From Elainellaceae cyanobacterium (lineage in GTDB: Bacteria > Cyanobacteriota > Cyanobacteriia > CAZCXK01), in contig JBNPEG010000120.1 of the NCBI GenBank assembly GCA_051117555.1, forward strand, positions 1 to 64,000: a stretch of 64,000 nucleotides of DNA, given 5' to 3'. Shown piece after piece: positions 9,368 to 20,746 of this stretch (within the stretch, counting starts at the first letter, position 1; each line of letters begins with the position of its first letter). Below the pieces are notes generated by a model that made no database searches, had not been told where the DNA came from, and worked only from the letters and a program-made list of their open reading frames with translations. The translations under genes and the position numbers were made by a program.

Positions 9368-9937
9368 TTACCAATCAGCGACTCGACCTCGGAGTGAATA
9401 GGTCGAGTCGTGCGAATCATCATCTACCTGTTGCCGACTTGCGATAAAAAATTCTGCTTTTAGCGATCCAAGCTGAAGTAGATCCCCATCTTGCAGAGCG
9501 CGTCGCTCCATGGGAGCCAGTTTCCGGCGATTGACCCAAGTCCCATTGCTGCTGCCTACGTCCGTCACATAAAACCCAATGCTAGAGTGATGCCCAATCA
9601 CTGCATGTCTGCGGGATACCGAGCGGTTCAAGACGGTAACAGCACAGGTTGAGCTTCTACCAATTAGCCAACTAGAGGCAACATCAGTCGCTTGAACATC
9701 ATGCCCTTCGGGCATATTGGTAGCAAGAAATGCGGTGCGCCCCGTAGTAACTGCTTGAATGTAAAACGACGTAATTTGACACCGCTGGTGAGCTTTTAGA
9801 ACAGGCTCAATGATTGTGGTTACTTCTGCAAGATTATGATTGCAATCTGCAAAAAGAGAATCCGATATTGCAGGATTTTGCTCTAAAAAGCTCAGGGGGC
9901 AGCTTGCAGAAGTATCTGAAAAATTCAGGTTTGACAT
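9368..9937 (-). CDS. FHA domain protein
   Basis: WLIGR, SVSRRHA and DVGSSNGTWVN FHA motifs. Confidence 0.85.
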   Translation of the reverse strand: MSNLNFSDTSASCPLSFLEQNPAISDSLFADCNHNLAEVTTIIEPVLKAHQRCQITSFYIQAVTTGRTAFLATNMPEGHDVQATDVASSWLIGRSSTCAVTVLNRSVSRRHAVIGHHSSIGFYVTDVGSSNGTWVNRRKLAPMERRALQDGDLLQLGSLKAEFFIASRQQVDDDSHDSTYSLRGRVADW

Positions 9938-11237
9938 ACGACTAGGTCCACTCTTTTAGAGAGACAATTACCTGTAAACCAACAGATTTCCGCATTTTAG
10001 ACCAATGCGTAGAAACTGACCAAGCAAATCTGTTCAGGTAAGCCATTGGCTTTAAATGCTTAGGCACCGATGTTGACAAACCCTGATTTATCAACTTCAT
10101 TTAAGAATAATATAAAGCCAACGAAAGAAAAATGTTCGCAGCTGAAACAACAAGTTGACTTCATATATTTACTGAAGCGCAAGCTGATTGAGGTATTGTG
10201 ATACGGCAAATTGAACGATGCTTAGCGCTCTACAGTTTAATGTGTCCCATAATTATAAACCATTGACGTTGAGTAAAGGGGCTCGACTGCTCACCGTCTC
10301 CGTATTTATGCGGACGCAGTAATTATTGAAAATCTAATAGAGATGATCCTGATTTGACAATCCTACTTTTTGATAAATTCACTAAAGCTTTATGGAATGA
10401 ATTTGAATCAAAGCTTTTATTAAAGCTTTCTTAAATTTGTCATTTTGTGTAAGAAAGGCAATCTGTCTTTAAACGGTTTCCTCTGCGAAAAGTGGCAAAG
10501 TGTCTATAATCGCCAGACTATTAACAAGTGAGGTGATCTGCGTCAGCACTCATCAATGAAAGACGTTAGGTTGACTCAGTTAGCAAAATTTTGCGGTTCA
10601 TAAACCTGGATGAAGCTGAGCCCGCTTTACAGTGCTGAGAGGATCGTTCGATGCTACGATAATCGCTATTGCTGTAGCATCGCCATGCAACCCAAGCCTC
10701 ACTCTTTCGGAGCATTCCCTAACCCTAGTACAAGATGGCGGAAGTTTCATAACCATAGTGTGAGCGTCTCGCTCATGTCGCGGGCAAGATGCCCGCATTT
10801 AAATGGTTGGCTTATTTTGCCAAACAGTCCTAGTTAGTTCACGGGTATAGCGGATGGGTGACCTATAAACACGTATCGGTTATCTTTGAGGAGAAAAATT
10901 GTAGCTGACGTTGTCAGATGCTATGGAGTCAATTGATTATATAAATTTATATATAGCAACTTGCAATTGCATCATGTATAGAAATGCTGGTGTGGAGCGG
11001 TCATGTCCCACATCACCTTACTTAACTCAAGCGCATATCGCTATATATGGGGATGATTAGGTGATCCATCATTATGGGTTTTAATCCATCCGTTTACTCG
11101 ACTACTTTTTGATGAAACGGTGATAGCTAATCCCTAGCCGTCCCACTATTTGAGCTAGATGCCTTATGGTTTAGTCCTATATGGCCAGATAGCTTAAGTT
11201 TCTCTAACACTTAATTTAGATTTGTCGTACATCATCC

Positions 11238-12050
11238 ATGCGTTCTTATTTAACTGCTGCGGTTCAAATGAATAGCTCGCCTGACATCCATAAGAATTTA
11301 GCTCAGGCTGAAGATTTAATTGATTTGGCGGTGAGGCAAGGGGCAGAACTCGTCTGCCTCCCAGAAAATTTTTCGTTTCTTGGGGATGAGTCAAAGAAGC
11401 TTGATGAGGCAGTGGCGATCGCCAAAGCAAGCGAGAAGTTTCTCAAGACGATGGCTCAGCGCTACCAGATTACGCTCCTTGGAGGAGGGTTCCCCGTTCC
11501 AACCAATGACAACAAAGTCTACAATACGGCGCTCTTGGTTGGTTCTAATGGAGAAGACCTGGCTCGCTATGAAAAAGTTCATCTCTTCGATGTTAATCTG
11601 CCCGATGGTAATACCTATCAAGAATCGCATACCGTCCTATCTGGGACACGATTTCCTCCGGTATACCCGTCTAAAGACTTGGGAAATTTAGGGCTCTCGG
11701 TCTGCTACGACGTTCGGTTTCCTGAGCTATATCGTTATTTGTCTCAAATGGGGGCGGAGGTGTTGTTTATACCTGCTGCATTTACGGCATATACCGGCAA
11801 AGACCATTGGCAAGTACTTCTCCAAGCGAGAGCAATCGAAAACACCTGCTATGTTATTGCCCCTGCTCAGACAGGCAAGCACTATGCGATGCGTCAGTCT
11901 CATGGTCACGCCGTGATTATCGACCCGTGGGGCGTTATTCTCGCTGATGCTGGCGATCAGCCTGGAGTGGCGATCGCCCCTATCGATCCATCTCGGCTGA
12001 CACAAGTGCGTCGGCAAATGCCATCTCTACAACATCGGGTCTTTATCTAA
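11238..12050 (+). CDS. Carbon-nitrogen hydrolase (Nit1-like amidase)
   Basis: LPEN, YEKVHLFD and CYDVRFPE catalytic triad motifs; ARAIEN. Confidence 0.9.
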   Translation: MRSYLTAAVQMNSSPDIHKNLAQAEDLIDLAVRQGAELVCLPENFSFLGDESKKLDEAVAIAKASEKFLKTMAQRYQITLLGGGFPVPTNDNKVYNTALLVGSNGEDLARYEKVHLFDVNLPDGNTYQESHTVLSGTRFPPVYPSKDLGNLGLSVCYDVRFPELYRYLSQMGAEVLFIPAAFTAYTGKDHWQVLLQARAIENTCYVIAPAQTGKHYAMRQSHGHAVIIDPWGVILADAGDQPGVAIAPIDPSRLTQVRRQMPSLQHRVFI

Positions 12051-12209
12051 TCCAAATCATCCAATCTATGAACTGAAATAGTATCAACTGAAAGGAGAGA
12101 GTGCTGCCCGTTAGGATAAAGCAACCCTGTCGGAAACTGGCGTAGAGGTAGATTGCATTATGAAACGCTAAGTCCCGATTCTCTCTGTGATTCCGCGTTC
12201 AGCACTCCT

Positions 12210-12335
12210 ATGACTATGATTCTTCTGCTAACGGCTGGTGTGATTACTGTGCTTGTCTCAACGTGGTTAGTTGAGGTTCTCAAAGACACCGCCCAAACGG
12301 CGATCGCCATTGGGCTGATAGTGCTAATTGTATAG
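12210..12335 (+). CDS. Small hydrophobic membrane protein, possibly truncated
   Basis: 41 aa with two hydrophobic stretches (MTMILLLTAGVITVLVSTWLVEVLKDTAQTAIAIGLIVLIV). Confidence 0.4.
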   Translation: MTMILLLTAGVITVLVSTWLVEVLKDTAQTAIAIGLIVLIV

Positions 12336-12339
12336 TTCG

Positions 12340-12816
12340 TCACGAAATCTCTCCTGCCAATCTAACCAGCGCGTCTTTCACCATTGCAGGTAGGCGACGC
12401 ATTACTTTTCCCTTCTCTCGATCGACGGGAACCAGCGCAACGTGGGCCGTCACATATAGATGTTGCGCATCAGGTGACTGAATTTCATAGTCCCAATTGA
12501 GCCGCACTCCGGCAATGGGCTGCATGCGCGTTTTAACGACGGCCTCTGCTCCCATAAGAAGCGGTCGATGATAGCGAATTGAAAGGTCAATAACGGGGAG
12601 ATCGCACCCAATCGCAACCAGATCGGCAAAACTGACGCCGAGCGATCGCAAACATTCAACGCGCGCGTCCTCCATCCAAGCGATATATGAGCCGTGCCAA
12701 ACGACACCTGCATAGTCAGTATGGTGAGGTTGAGCCCGGACGGTATACTCAAACCAATTTGTATTGAGCAGTCGAGGTGAATTTTGAACCTCGTGTGATG
12801 AAAGTGGATGCTGCAT
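12340..12816 (-). CDS. Acyl-CoA thioesterase (YbgC/4HBT family)
   Basis: HTDYAGVVWHGSYIAWMEDAR motif. Confidence 0.88.
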   Translation of the reverse strand: MQHPLSSHEVQNSPRLLNTNWFEYTVRAQPHHTDYAGVVWHGSYIAWMEDARVECLRSLGVSFADLVAIGCDLPVIDLSIRYHRPLLMGAEAVVKTRMQPIAGVRLNWDYEIQSPDAQHLYVTAHVALVPVDREKGKVMRRLPAMVKDALVRLAGEIS

Positions 12817-13332
12817 ACGTGACCATTCAACTCTTCACTACAGTGGGCTAGCTGTCAGCCTCATTCTAATCGTGCCTGTTTCTAGCCTGGTTATTCTTCG
12901 AGGGAAATATTCCAGGTTTTGGGCTGAAGAAGGATTCAAACGCCCACAACAATGTCTACACGATTAGACGTTTCGCCAGAATTGAAACTCCCAATCACCC
13001 ATTGTCTCTTATCACTAATTTAGGAGCTAATTTGATCGACCCTTTCTATCCAGACATATTGGTTTGGCAACTTCTTTTTCTATCGTGAACTATTGAAAAT
13101 TATGTACTTTTACTTGACATGCGTCGAGAGATATTGATGGAGCGCATTGATACAAATCAACAATTATGAAATCAGGGTGCCAAAACGCATAAAAGCCTTG
13201 ATGCAGCGGTATGATTTGTTTAATAGAACGTCTTCAAAAGTCAATTTATAATCCTAGATTGAAAGGATTTAAGTGTTACCAACTGACGTCATTGATGATT
13301 GATTATCCACACATAGCTTAGGGGTTGGGCAT

Positions 13333-14187
13333 ATGATAAAAATGGAAAAAATTCTGCTAGCTGATTCGGGAACTGGACAGTCCGAAGCGATGCTCAAGTT
13401 CTTGATGGATATTCCCTTATTTGAACGTGCCAACATTAGCATCCTGCATGTAGTTCCTCCCCAAGTAACGGCTGAAGCAATGACCAATAAATGGGAGGAA
13501 GGCGGCAAAACATTAGCTCGCGCTATTCAATCCCTTCAGCTCGATACTGACCAGGCAGTTGCCATGCTTCGGGAGGGCGATCCTAAAAATGTTGTGTGCA
13601 AAGTCGCAGAGGAAATTGATGCAAACCTTATCATCATGGGGTCACGGGGTCTTAAGCGGCTCCAATCTATTTTAGAAAATTCCGTGAGTCAGTATGTGTT
13701 CCAGCTTGCCTCTCGTCCCATGTTGCTGGTTAAAGACGATATCTATGTGAAGAGGATTCGTCGAGTGCTGGTTACGATGGATCGCTCAGAATCAGCACAG
13801 CAGGCGTTACAGCTTGCCTTGCCCTTGATACGAGACATCGCTGGGGGAGAATTAGTCCTGGTTCACGTTAATCCTGACTTAAAAACTATCCCAGATCAGC
13901 CCGCCGGCAATCCTGAAAACGATCCTGTATTAGAGCCCGCAGTCGCTGAGGCGAAAAAGATGGGCATCAAGTACCGGTGTGAGGCACCTTCTGGTAAGCC
14001 AGGAGCTAGAATCTGTCAGCTTGCCGAAGACCTTGATATCGATTTGTTAGTGATGGGGTCTCCCGAACGCCGCCCTTCCATTGCAAAGGAACTTCCTGAT
14101 TTAGATCGGTTGCTGGGGCAATCTCTGTCTGACTATGTTCGAGTATATGCGCCGTGCCCGGTGCTACTGGTGCGTTTGCCAGGTTAA
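13333..14187 (+). CDS. Universal stress protein with two USP domains
   Basis: IIMGSRG..SVSQYV and LLVMGS..SLSDYVRVYAPCPVLLV. Confidence 0.9.
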   Translation: MIKMEKILLADSGTGQSEAMLKFLMDIPLFERANISILHVVPPQVTAEAMTNKWEEGGKTLARAIQSLQLDTDQAVAMLREGDPKNVVCKVAEEIDANLIIMGSRGLKRLQSILENSVSQYVFQLASRPMLLVKDDIYVKRIRRVLVTMDRSESAQQALQLALPLIRDIAGGELVLVHVNPDLKTIPDQPAGNPENDPVLEPAVAEAKKMGIKYRCEAPSGKPGARICQLAEDLDIDLLVMGSPERRPSIAKELPDLDRLLGQSLSDYVRVYAPCPVLLVRLPG

Positions 14188-14505
14188 TCAAACGATTTGC
14201 AGCGAAATCAGTTTCCGCCGACGCTTATACCCCGCGGTAGGGGTTGGCTCATATAACCGCGGTTCCAACTGCTAAACATTTGACGTTTCCGACCGTCAAA
14301 TTTTGGCTGCTTGTTTTTACTTTGTGTTGAATGTATGGCGGTATTCACTTGAGCTAAGCATTGACTTGCTAATTTAGGAGATGAATGGGCTATTAGAAAA
14401 CGCTAGAAGACAATCATCTCCTAGCGCCAAAGGGTAATTCAATAGTATCAACAGAGCGAAATTATCATTAGCAAATCCTGTTTAACGGATTGCTAGCCTA
14501 ATAAT

Positions 14506-14613
14506 TTACTTGGCTTCTCTGCTTGCCGTTTGAATGTAAAGGATAAGCAAAAAGACCGTCGGAACCAGCACGAATAAGATGCTGGCAACAAATCCTAAAT
14601 CATTAACTTCCAT
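14506..14613 (-). CDS. psbM: Photosystem II protein M (not in the ORF track)
   Basis: Hand translation: [35 protein letters not shown]. Confidence 0.96.
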   Translation of the reverse strand: MEVNDLGFVASILFVLVPTVFLLILYIQTASREAK

Positions 14614-14714
14614 TAGACCCAGCCTCTTAAATTCATCAAAACTATTGCAGACATCAAAAAATCCTATCTATCAGGATATCACTCTCCTACTCCGTAAGCA
14701 CAAGTCGGGATATA

Positions 14715-14802
14715 TAGCGATCCTAAATCGCTTGTGAATTGTGTATGAGTGGTGAGGCGGGCGGCGCCCGCCCCACCACTCACAACCCATTTGGGATTGC
14801 TA
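14715..14802 (+). mobile_element. TA-duplicating MITE, family A, copy 1 (88 bp)
   Basis: TA|TAGCGATCC...GGATTGCTA|TA; near-identical to the copies at 39544 and 49971. Confidence 0.8.
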
Positions 14803-14862
14803 TAGATATGATTTCTAATCCTTACAAGCCATTGCCTCGGATTATGGGGCATCTTTCAACAA

Positions 14863-15174
14863 TCACTTCTTTTTGGTTTGAGGCTTTGTGACAACCGTGA
14901 TAGGCCCATTGACAATCGTCTGACACGCCAATCGATAACTATCGGGTCGTTTCTTAAGTTTTTGCTTTTCTGCGTCAGTTTTTGGAGAAAGATTCTCCAT
15001 GCCCTCAACAATCTCGACGATACAGGTTCCGCATTGACCATAACCGCCGCAATTAATCAGTTTGCCCTTGAGAGTGTAGAGATCAATTTGATTTTCTATG
15101 GCCTTCAGTCTTAAATTTGCACCCTCAGCAATAATAATCTCTTGATCTTCATCACGAAATTTAATCGTAGTCAT
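14863..15174 (-). CDS. 2Fe-2S ferredoxin-like protein
   Basis: [11 protein letters not shown]...RLACQ; lies upstream of psbM. Confidence 0.9.
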   Translation of the reverse strand: MTTIKFRDEDQEIIIAEGANLRLKAIENQIDLYTLKGKLINCGGYGQCGTCIVEIVEGMENLSPKTDAEKQKLKKRPDSYRLACQTIVNGPITVVTKPQTKKK

Positions 15175-15817
15175 TATCCTCCCTCTCCTCAGGATCGCGT
15201 TGCTTGGCTCACATGCTTGCCGTTAGCCAAGAGGTTCTGGCTTTCGAAATACATCTTCTTGCCCTGTATTTGCCCTTTGAGTGTTGCAAAGCTAGTCAGT
15301 TACACCTCTTAATGAACACTAGCGGATACTGTTGTAACTCAGCAAGAAGAAACTAGAGTGAAGAAGCGGTCAAACAGTCAGAAAAAATAAGATGCCTGCG
15401 ATACACAAGGTGATTCATTTCTCATTTAATTTGCATGTAAATGAGAGGCGATCGCCGATTTGCCAAACTAAGGTGTCGCAACTGACGAAAATAAATCGGT
15501 TTTTGTTATCGTAATCGACTGCCACAATGGCAAAATAAGAGAGTCTGCGTCGTGAACAAAATTGAATTGGTTGCTGAAGCGTCTTCATAAAACTTGAAAT
15601 CGAGAGCGGTTTTATGGAACACTTCTTTATACACTTTCATTTTTATAAGCGTATTGTCCAGTCACTCGAGTAGGCGGCTTCATCAGTTGCGTGCAGGGTG
15701 CGATGAGTCAGTTCCTGGCTCTCGGCGATCGCTTAGCTGATAGGCTTGTCAGTGTCAGGCACCTTAACAAAAGGCTGAATTTAGCATTGAAACACTATTA
15801 GAGGAGGAGCGTAGTCG

Positions 15818-17350
15818 ATGGGACTACCTTGGTATCGAGTACATACAGTCGTTCTGAATGATCCAGGACGACTGATTTCTGTACATTTGATGCACACGGC
15901 TCTGGTTGCTGGGTGGGCTGGCTCGATGGCTTTGTACGAGCTGGCTATCTTTGATCCGAGCGACCCAGTCCTGAACCCCATGTGGCGTCAGGGCATGTTT
16001 GTACTACCATTCATGACACGCTTAGGTGTCACCGAATCTTGGGGTGGGTGGAGCGTCACCGGAGGTCCTGCTGTTGATCCAGGATTCTGGTCGTTTGAAG
16101 GCGTTGCTGCCGCCCATATCGTATTGTCAGGTTTGTTATTCCTAGCGGCTTGCTGGCACTGGGTATACTGGGATCTTGAGCTGTTCCGCGATCCTCGGAC
16201 GGGCGAACCCGCTCTTGATCTTCCCAAAATGTTTGGCATCCATTTGTTCTTGTCAGGGCTGCTTTGCTTTGGCTTCGGCGCATTCCACCTGACCGGGCTA
16301 TTTGGTCCGGGTATGTGGGTCTCGGATCCCTATGGCTTAACGGGGAGCGTGCAACCCGTTGCACCCGCGTGGGGACCGGAGGGCTTCGACCCGTTCAATC
16401 CAGGTGGGATTGTAGCTCATCACATTGCTGCCGGAGTCGTTGGAATTATTGCTGGACTCTTTCACTTAACCGTTCGTCCACCCGAGCGTTTATATCGAGC
16501 TCTGAGAATGGGGAACATCGAAACCGTTCTGTCTAGCAGTATTGCGGCGGTGTTTTTTGCAGCGTTTGTGGTTGCTGGAACCATGTGGTACGGAAGCGCA
16601 GCAACTCCAATTGAGTTGTTTGGGCCGACCCGCTATCAGTGGGATAGTGGCTACTTCCAGCAAGAAATCGATCGCCGAGTCCAGACGGCTCTTGCTGAAG
16701 GTGAGAGCAAGGCAGACGCATGGGCAACCGTCCCAGAGAAGCTGGCCTTCTATGACTACGTGGGCAACAGCCCTGCAAAGGGTGGCTTGTTCCGCGTTGG
16801 TCCGATGAATAACGGAGATGGAATTGCTCAGAGTTGGTTAGGGCATCCTGAGTTTAAAGATGCAGAAGGGCGAGCATTGACGGTTCGTCGCCTGCCCAAT
16901 TTCTTTGAAACATTCCCGGTTGTTTTGACCGACAAAGACGGCATTGTTCGCGCTGATATTCCCTTCCGTCGAGCTGAATCGAAATACAGCTTTGAGCAAG
17001 TTGGCGTAACGGCGGCCTTCTACGGTGGGGACTTAAACGGTCAAACGTTTGATGATCCGGCATTAGTGAAACAGTTTGCCCGTAAGGCTCAGTTGGGTGA
17101 ACCTTTCTCCTTTGATCTAGAAACACTCGGATCAGACGGTGTGTTCCGAACAAGTCCACGGGGATGGTTTACGTTTGGGCATGCAGTCTTTGCATTGCTG
17201 TTCTTTTTTGGGCATATCTGGCACGGGTCACGGACGCTGTTCCGAGATGTCTTTGCTGGAATTGATCCAGATCTATCTGAGGAACAAGTTGAATGGGGCT
17301 TTTTCCAAAAAGTTGGTGATAAGTCAACTCGTCGCGAAGAGCCTATCTAA
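15818..17350 (+). CDS. psbB: Photosystem II CP47
   Basis: [26 protein letters not shown]; 510 aa; GGAG SD. Confidence 0.99.
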   Translation: MGLPWYRVHTVVLNDPGRLISVHLMHTALVAGWAGSMALYELAIFDPSDPVLNPMWRQGMFVLPFMTRLGVTESWGGWSVTGGPAVDPGFWSFEGVAAAHIVLSGLLFLAACWHWVYWDLELFRDPRTGEPALDLPKMFGIHLFLSGLLCFGFGAFHLTGLFGPGMWVSDPYGLTGSVQPVAPAWGPEGFDPFNPGGIVAHHIAAGVVGIIAGLFHLTVRPPERLYRALRMGNIETVLSSSIAAVFFAAFVVAGTMWYGSAATPIELFGPTRYQWDSGYFQQEIDRRVQTALAEGESKADAWATVPEKLAFYDYVGNSPAKGGLFRVGPMNNGDGIAQSWLGHPEFKDAEGRALTVRRLPNFFETFPVVLTDKDGIVRADIPFRRAESKYSFEQVGVTAAFYGGDLNGQTFDDPALVKQFARKAQLGEPFSFDLETLGSDGVFRTSPRGWFTFGHAVFALLFFFGHIWHGSRTLFRDVFAGIDPDLSEEQVEWGFFQKVGDKSTRREEPI

Positions 17351-17392
17351 ATTGTTTTTCTGCAACGTTGGTTTTGCTTGACGATGCAGTAA

Positions 17393-17442
17393 AAAGAATG
17401 GTCTATTTTGAGCAGAAAAGGTAGCTCATTAGACCATTCTTT
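17393..17442 (+). other. Stem-loop between psbB and psbT (terminator or mRNA stabiliser)
   Basis: 13-bp perfect stem AAAGAATGGTCTA / TAGACCATTCTTT. Confidence 0.6.
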
Positions 17443-17492
17443 CGTTTAACTAGTACACTATTAGTAGTTCGACTCTTGGGGAGCTTACACAG

Positions 17493-17588
17493 ATGGAAAG
17501 TGTCGCATACATTCTTGTTTTGGCTGGTGCGATCGGCGTGTTGTTTTTTGCGATCGCCTTTCGCGAACCCCCTCGTATCAACAAATAG
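17493..17588 (+). CDS. psbT: Photosystem II protein T (not in the ORF track)
   Basis: Hand translation: MESVAYILVLAGAIGVLFFAIAFREPPRINK*. Confidence 0.96.
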   Translation: MESVAYILVLAGAIGVLFFAIAFREPPRINK

Positions 17589-17849
17589 TCAAGCAACACA
17601 TGTTTGAATAACAGCTAAATTATTCAAGCGTGTATTGCTACTGTAGTTAATGCAGTATGTGGTGAATTGCCTGAGGCTGCTACATGTCCTAGCACTATGA
17701 CGGACTGATTTCTGGGACGTGTGAATGGTTTTCTCAGGCTTTTCATTTGCAATCTTGGTGCTAAGGTGCTAATTTGGCAAATTGTATCCCTAAAATGGCG
17801 TTTGCCCGTTTTAGTCAGTTGATTCCTTTTTGCCCAGAGGGCGTTCATC

Positions 17850-18395
17850 ATGCGATGTCCATTTTGCCAGTTTCCAGATAATCGAGTACTGGAATCACGC
17901 TCAGCAGAGTCTGGGCAGAGTGTTCGGCGACGGCGCGAATGCTTGGAATGCAAGCGCCGCTTCACTACGTATGAGCGTATTGAATTTGTGCCGATCACGG
18001 TAATCAAGCGAAATGGCGATCGAGAATCGTTCGATCGATCAAAACTTCTTCGGGGAATTGCACGAGCCTGCGAAAAAACTGGAGTTCCTACCGTTCATCA
18101 AGAAAACTTAGTCGATGAGATTGAAGCTGAGTTGCAGCAGCGATCGCTCCGTGAAGTTGCTAGCAACGAAATTGGAGAGCTCGTTCTACATCACTTGCAA
18201 AATTTGAACGAGGTCGCATACGTCCGATTTGCCTCAGTCTATCGCCAGTTTCAAGGAATTCGTGATTTTGTAGACGCTCTTAATCATTTGCAGCAAGCCT
18301 CTGATCAAGACCCATCAGAAAAAAAGGCTGAGCAAAGCCCGACACCCGAATCAAATTCATTCCCCCATGATAGCCGCCAGCCTTCAATTCGCTGA
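17850..18395 (+). CDS. nrdR: Transcriptional repressor NrdR
   Basis: [27 protein letters not shown] cone, AYVRFASVY. Confidence 0.96.
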   Translation: MRCPFCQFPDNRVLESRSAESGQSVRRRRECLECKRRFTTYERIEFVPITVIKRNGDRESFDRSKLLRGIARACEKTGVPTVHQENLVDEIEAELQQRSLREVASNEIGELVLHHLQNLNEVAYVRFASVYRQFQGIRDFVDALNHLQQASDQDPSEKKAEQSPTPESNSFPHDSRQPSIR

Positions 18396-18673
18396 TGTTT
18401 AGCGTTCAGCAGACCAAGGTTAGAAGGACTCAATTCATCTCTAGACGTGAAGATATATTTATCTATGTATCTTTATGTTTTGGATGTGGCATTAAAGGGT
18501 AGGATGTTAAATTTGGGAGGTAGGCCGTTTGGGCGATTTTTTGAGGTCAGACATTCGTCATCAAATCGCTTAGAATGAGATCTACGCAAGTCTAACGTAG
18601 CAGTTTGCAGTTAGACACTCGCGCGTCTCAAGAAAACTAAATTTGCGGAGATAATCAGTAGGAAATTCTTAGC

Positions 18674-19657
18674 ATGGTCAATCAGGAAAAGCCAGATATC
18701 GGTTTTACTCACGAAGATTTCGCAGCCTTGCTCGATAAATACGACTATCATTTTAGTCCTGGTGATATCGTGCCTGGTACGGTATTTAGTCTTGAGCCAA
18801 GGGGTGCGCTGATTGACATCGGTGCTAAGACAGCAGCTTATATCCCGATTCAGGAGATGTCAATTAACCGAATCGACGATCCTGATGAGGTCTTGCAGTC
18901 CAACGAGACTCGTGAATTTTTCATCCTAACTGATGAAAATGAAGATGGTCAGTTGACGCTTTCAATTCGCCGAATTGAATATATGAGGGCTTGGGAACGA
19001 GTGCGACAACTTCAGACCGAAGATGCAACCGTTCGCTCTGCTGTATTCGCGACAAACCGGGGCGGTGCCTTGGTGAGAATTGAGGGGCTTCGAGGATTTA
19101 TTCCAGGTTCTCACATCAGCACCCGTAAGCCCAAAGAAGATTTAGTGGCAGAAGAACTACCGTTAAAGTTTTTGGAAGTTGATGAAGATCGCAATCGCTT
19201 AGTTCTTAGCCACCGTCGAGCTCTAGTCGAACGCAAGATGAACCGCCTCGAGGTTGGTGAGGTTGTCATAGGAGCAGTTCGCGGTCTAAAACCCTACGGT
19301 GCATTCATCGATATCGGCGGTGTCAGCGGCTTGCTCCACATTTCTGAAATTTCTCACGATCATATCGATACTCCGCACAGCGTGTTTAATGTCAATGACG
19401 AAGTGAAAGTCATGATCATTGATTTGGATGCTGAACGAGGGCGCATTTCGCTGTCGACCAAACAACTCGAACCCGAACCCGGAGATATGGTCAAAAATCC
19501 GGACTTAGTTTATGAAAAAGCCGAAGAGATGGCTGCTAAATATCGAGAGCGCATGATGCAGCAGCAGCAAGTTCAATCGGGTGAGCCTGTTAGCGCGTCT
19601 GATGAATCCCCGGATACAGGCGATGTTGAGGTGTCTGTGGTAGAACAAGCAGAATAA
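18674..19657 (+). CDS. rpsA: 30S ribosomal protein S1
   Basis: Three S1 domains; cyanobacterial FAALLDKYDYHF N-terminus. Confidence 0.95.
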   Translation: MVNQEKPDIGFTHEDFAALLDKYDYHFSPGDIVPGTVFSLEPRGALIDIGAKTAAYIPIQEMSINRIDDPDEVLQSNETREFFILTDENEDGQLTLSIRRIEYMRAWERVRQLQTEDATVRSAVFATNRGGALVRIEGLRGFIPGSHISTRKPKEDLVAEELPLKFLEVDEDRNRLVLSHRRALVERKMNRLEVGEVVIGAVRGLKPYGAFIDIGGVSGLLHISEISHDHIDTPHSVFNVNDEVKVMIIDLDAERGRISLSTKQLEPEPGDMVKNPDLVYEKAEEMAAKYRERMMQQQQVQSGEPVSASDESPDTGDVEVSVVEQAE

Positions 19658-19717
19658 GAGTCAAGGTTCGAAATTGCCAAACGGATCTATATGACACACC
19701 TTAGACTCGGTTGATGG

Positions 19718-19746
19718 AAGGAGGGCAAATAGCTCCCTCCTTTTTT
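19718..19746 (+). terminator. Rho-independent terminator after rps1
   Basis: GGAGGG...CCCTCC stem followed by T6. Confidence 0.75.
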
Positions 19747-19772
19747 GCTGTGCAGAAGGAGTACGATATCCC

Positions 19773-20513
19773 GTGGTTACGCTTCGATGCAATACCAAAG
19801 ATTTTCATAACATCCAGGCCGTTTTATTTGACAAAGATGGCACGCTGGCAGACTCTTACGGGTTTCTACGAAGCTTAGGACAAAAGCGATCGCGCTTAAT
19901 TGATGCTCAGATACCGGGGGTTCAAGAGCCATTGCTCATGGCGTTTGGCATTGACAACACTGAGATGAATCCTGCCGGGCTGCTAGCTGTGGGTACCCGA
20001 ATCGAGAATGAAATTGCAGCGGCTGCATATGTGGCAGAAACTGGACGAGATTGGATTGAATCTCTCAGTATTGTGCGCAATGCCTTCGAAGAAGCCGATC
20101 GCTACATGAACTCCAAAGCACCGCAAACGCCCCTATTCGACGGCGCGGTTGACTTGCTCACGCAACTGTCCAATGCAGGATTGAAGCTGGGTATTCTGTC
20201 GTCCGATACAACCGATCACGTTAAAGAGTTTGTCAACTACTATCGATTAGAATCATTCGTTCAGCTTCAAATGGGAGTGGATGAGGGTCCTGCAAAACCT
20301 GATCCGCGTCTAGTCGATCGGGCATGCGAGATGCTAATGGTTTCACCCCAGACAACTCTATTGATTGGAGACTCCCAAGCTGATATTCAACTTGCTCATG
20401 CTGCTAAGATGGCAGGATGTATCGGAGTGACTTGGGGATGGAGTTGCTCAATCGATTTGACTCAGGCCGATATTCTTGCAAATCAATGCAACGATATTCG
20501 GGTTGTTCGCTAA
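19773..20513 (+). CDS. HAD family hydrolase
   Basis: FDKDGTL, KPDP and IGDS motifs. Confidence 0.88.
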   Translation: MVTLRCNTKDFHNIQAVLFDKDGTLADSYGFLRSLGQKRSRLIDAQIPGVQEPLLMAFGIDNTEMNPAGLLAVGTRIENEIAAAAYVAETGRDWIESLSIVRNAFEEADRYMNSKAPQTPLFDGAVDLLTQLSNAGLKLGILSSDTTDHVKEFVNYYRLESFVQLQMGVDEGPAKPDPRLVDRACEMLMVSPQTTLLIGDSQADIQLAHAAKMAGCIGVTWGWSCSIDLTQADILANQCNDIRVVR

Positions 20514-20746
20514 CACTCATGCCAATCAAATCGAGCTAACCCCGTCTTCATTAAACCCGTAGGAGGAGAACAAAATCGTTCATATTTATCTGAATAATTC
20601 AGAATTGTGCTAATCTCCTTCCTAATGTTCCGATTTCAATTATGTCTAGCTCGAAGCCTGGGGCTTCTCTAAGAAAGCGCCAGTTCGACGACTTAGACTA
20701 GGTTTAATTGAGTTGTCTTCATCTCTTATAGGAGAGGTTAGTTCAA

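Noticed and set aside
10598..10837. ORFs 10610-10837 (+) and 10598-10798 (-)
   Set aside because: No recognisable motif or clear SD; they overlap in antisense and are likely spurious
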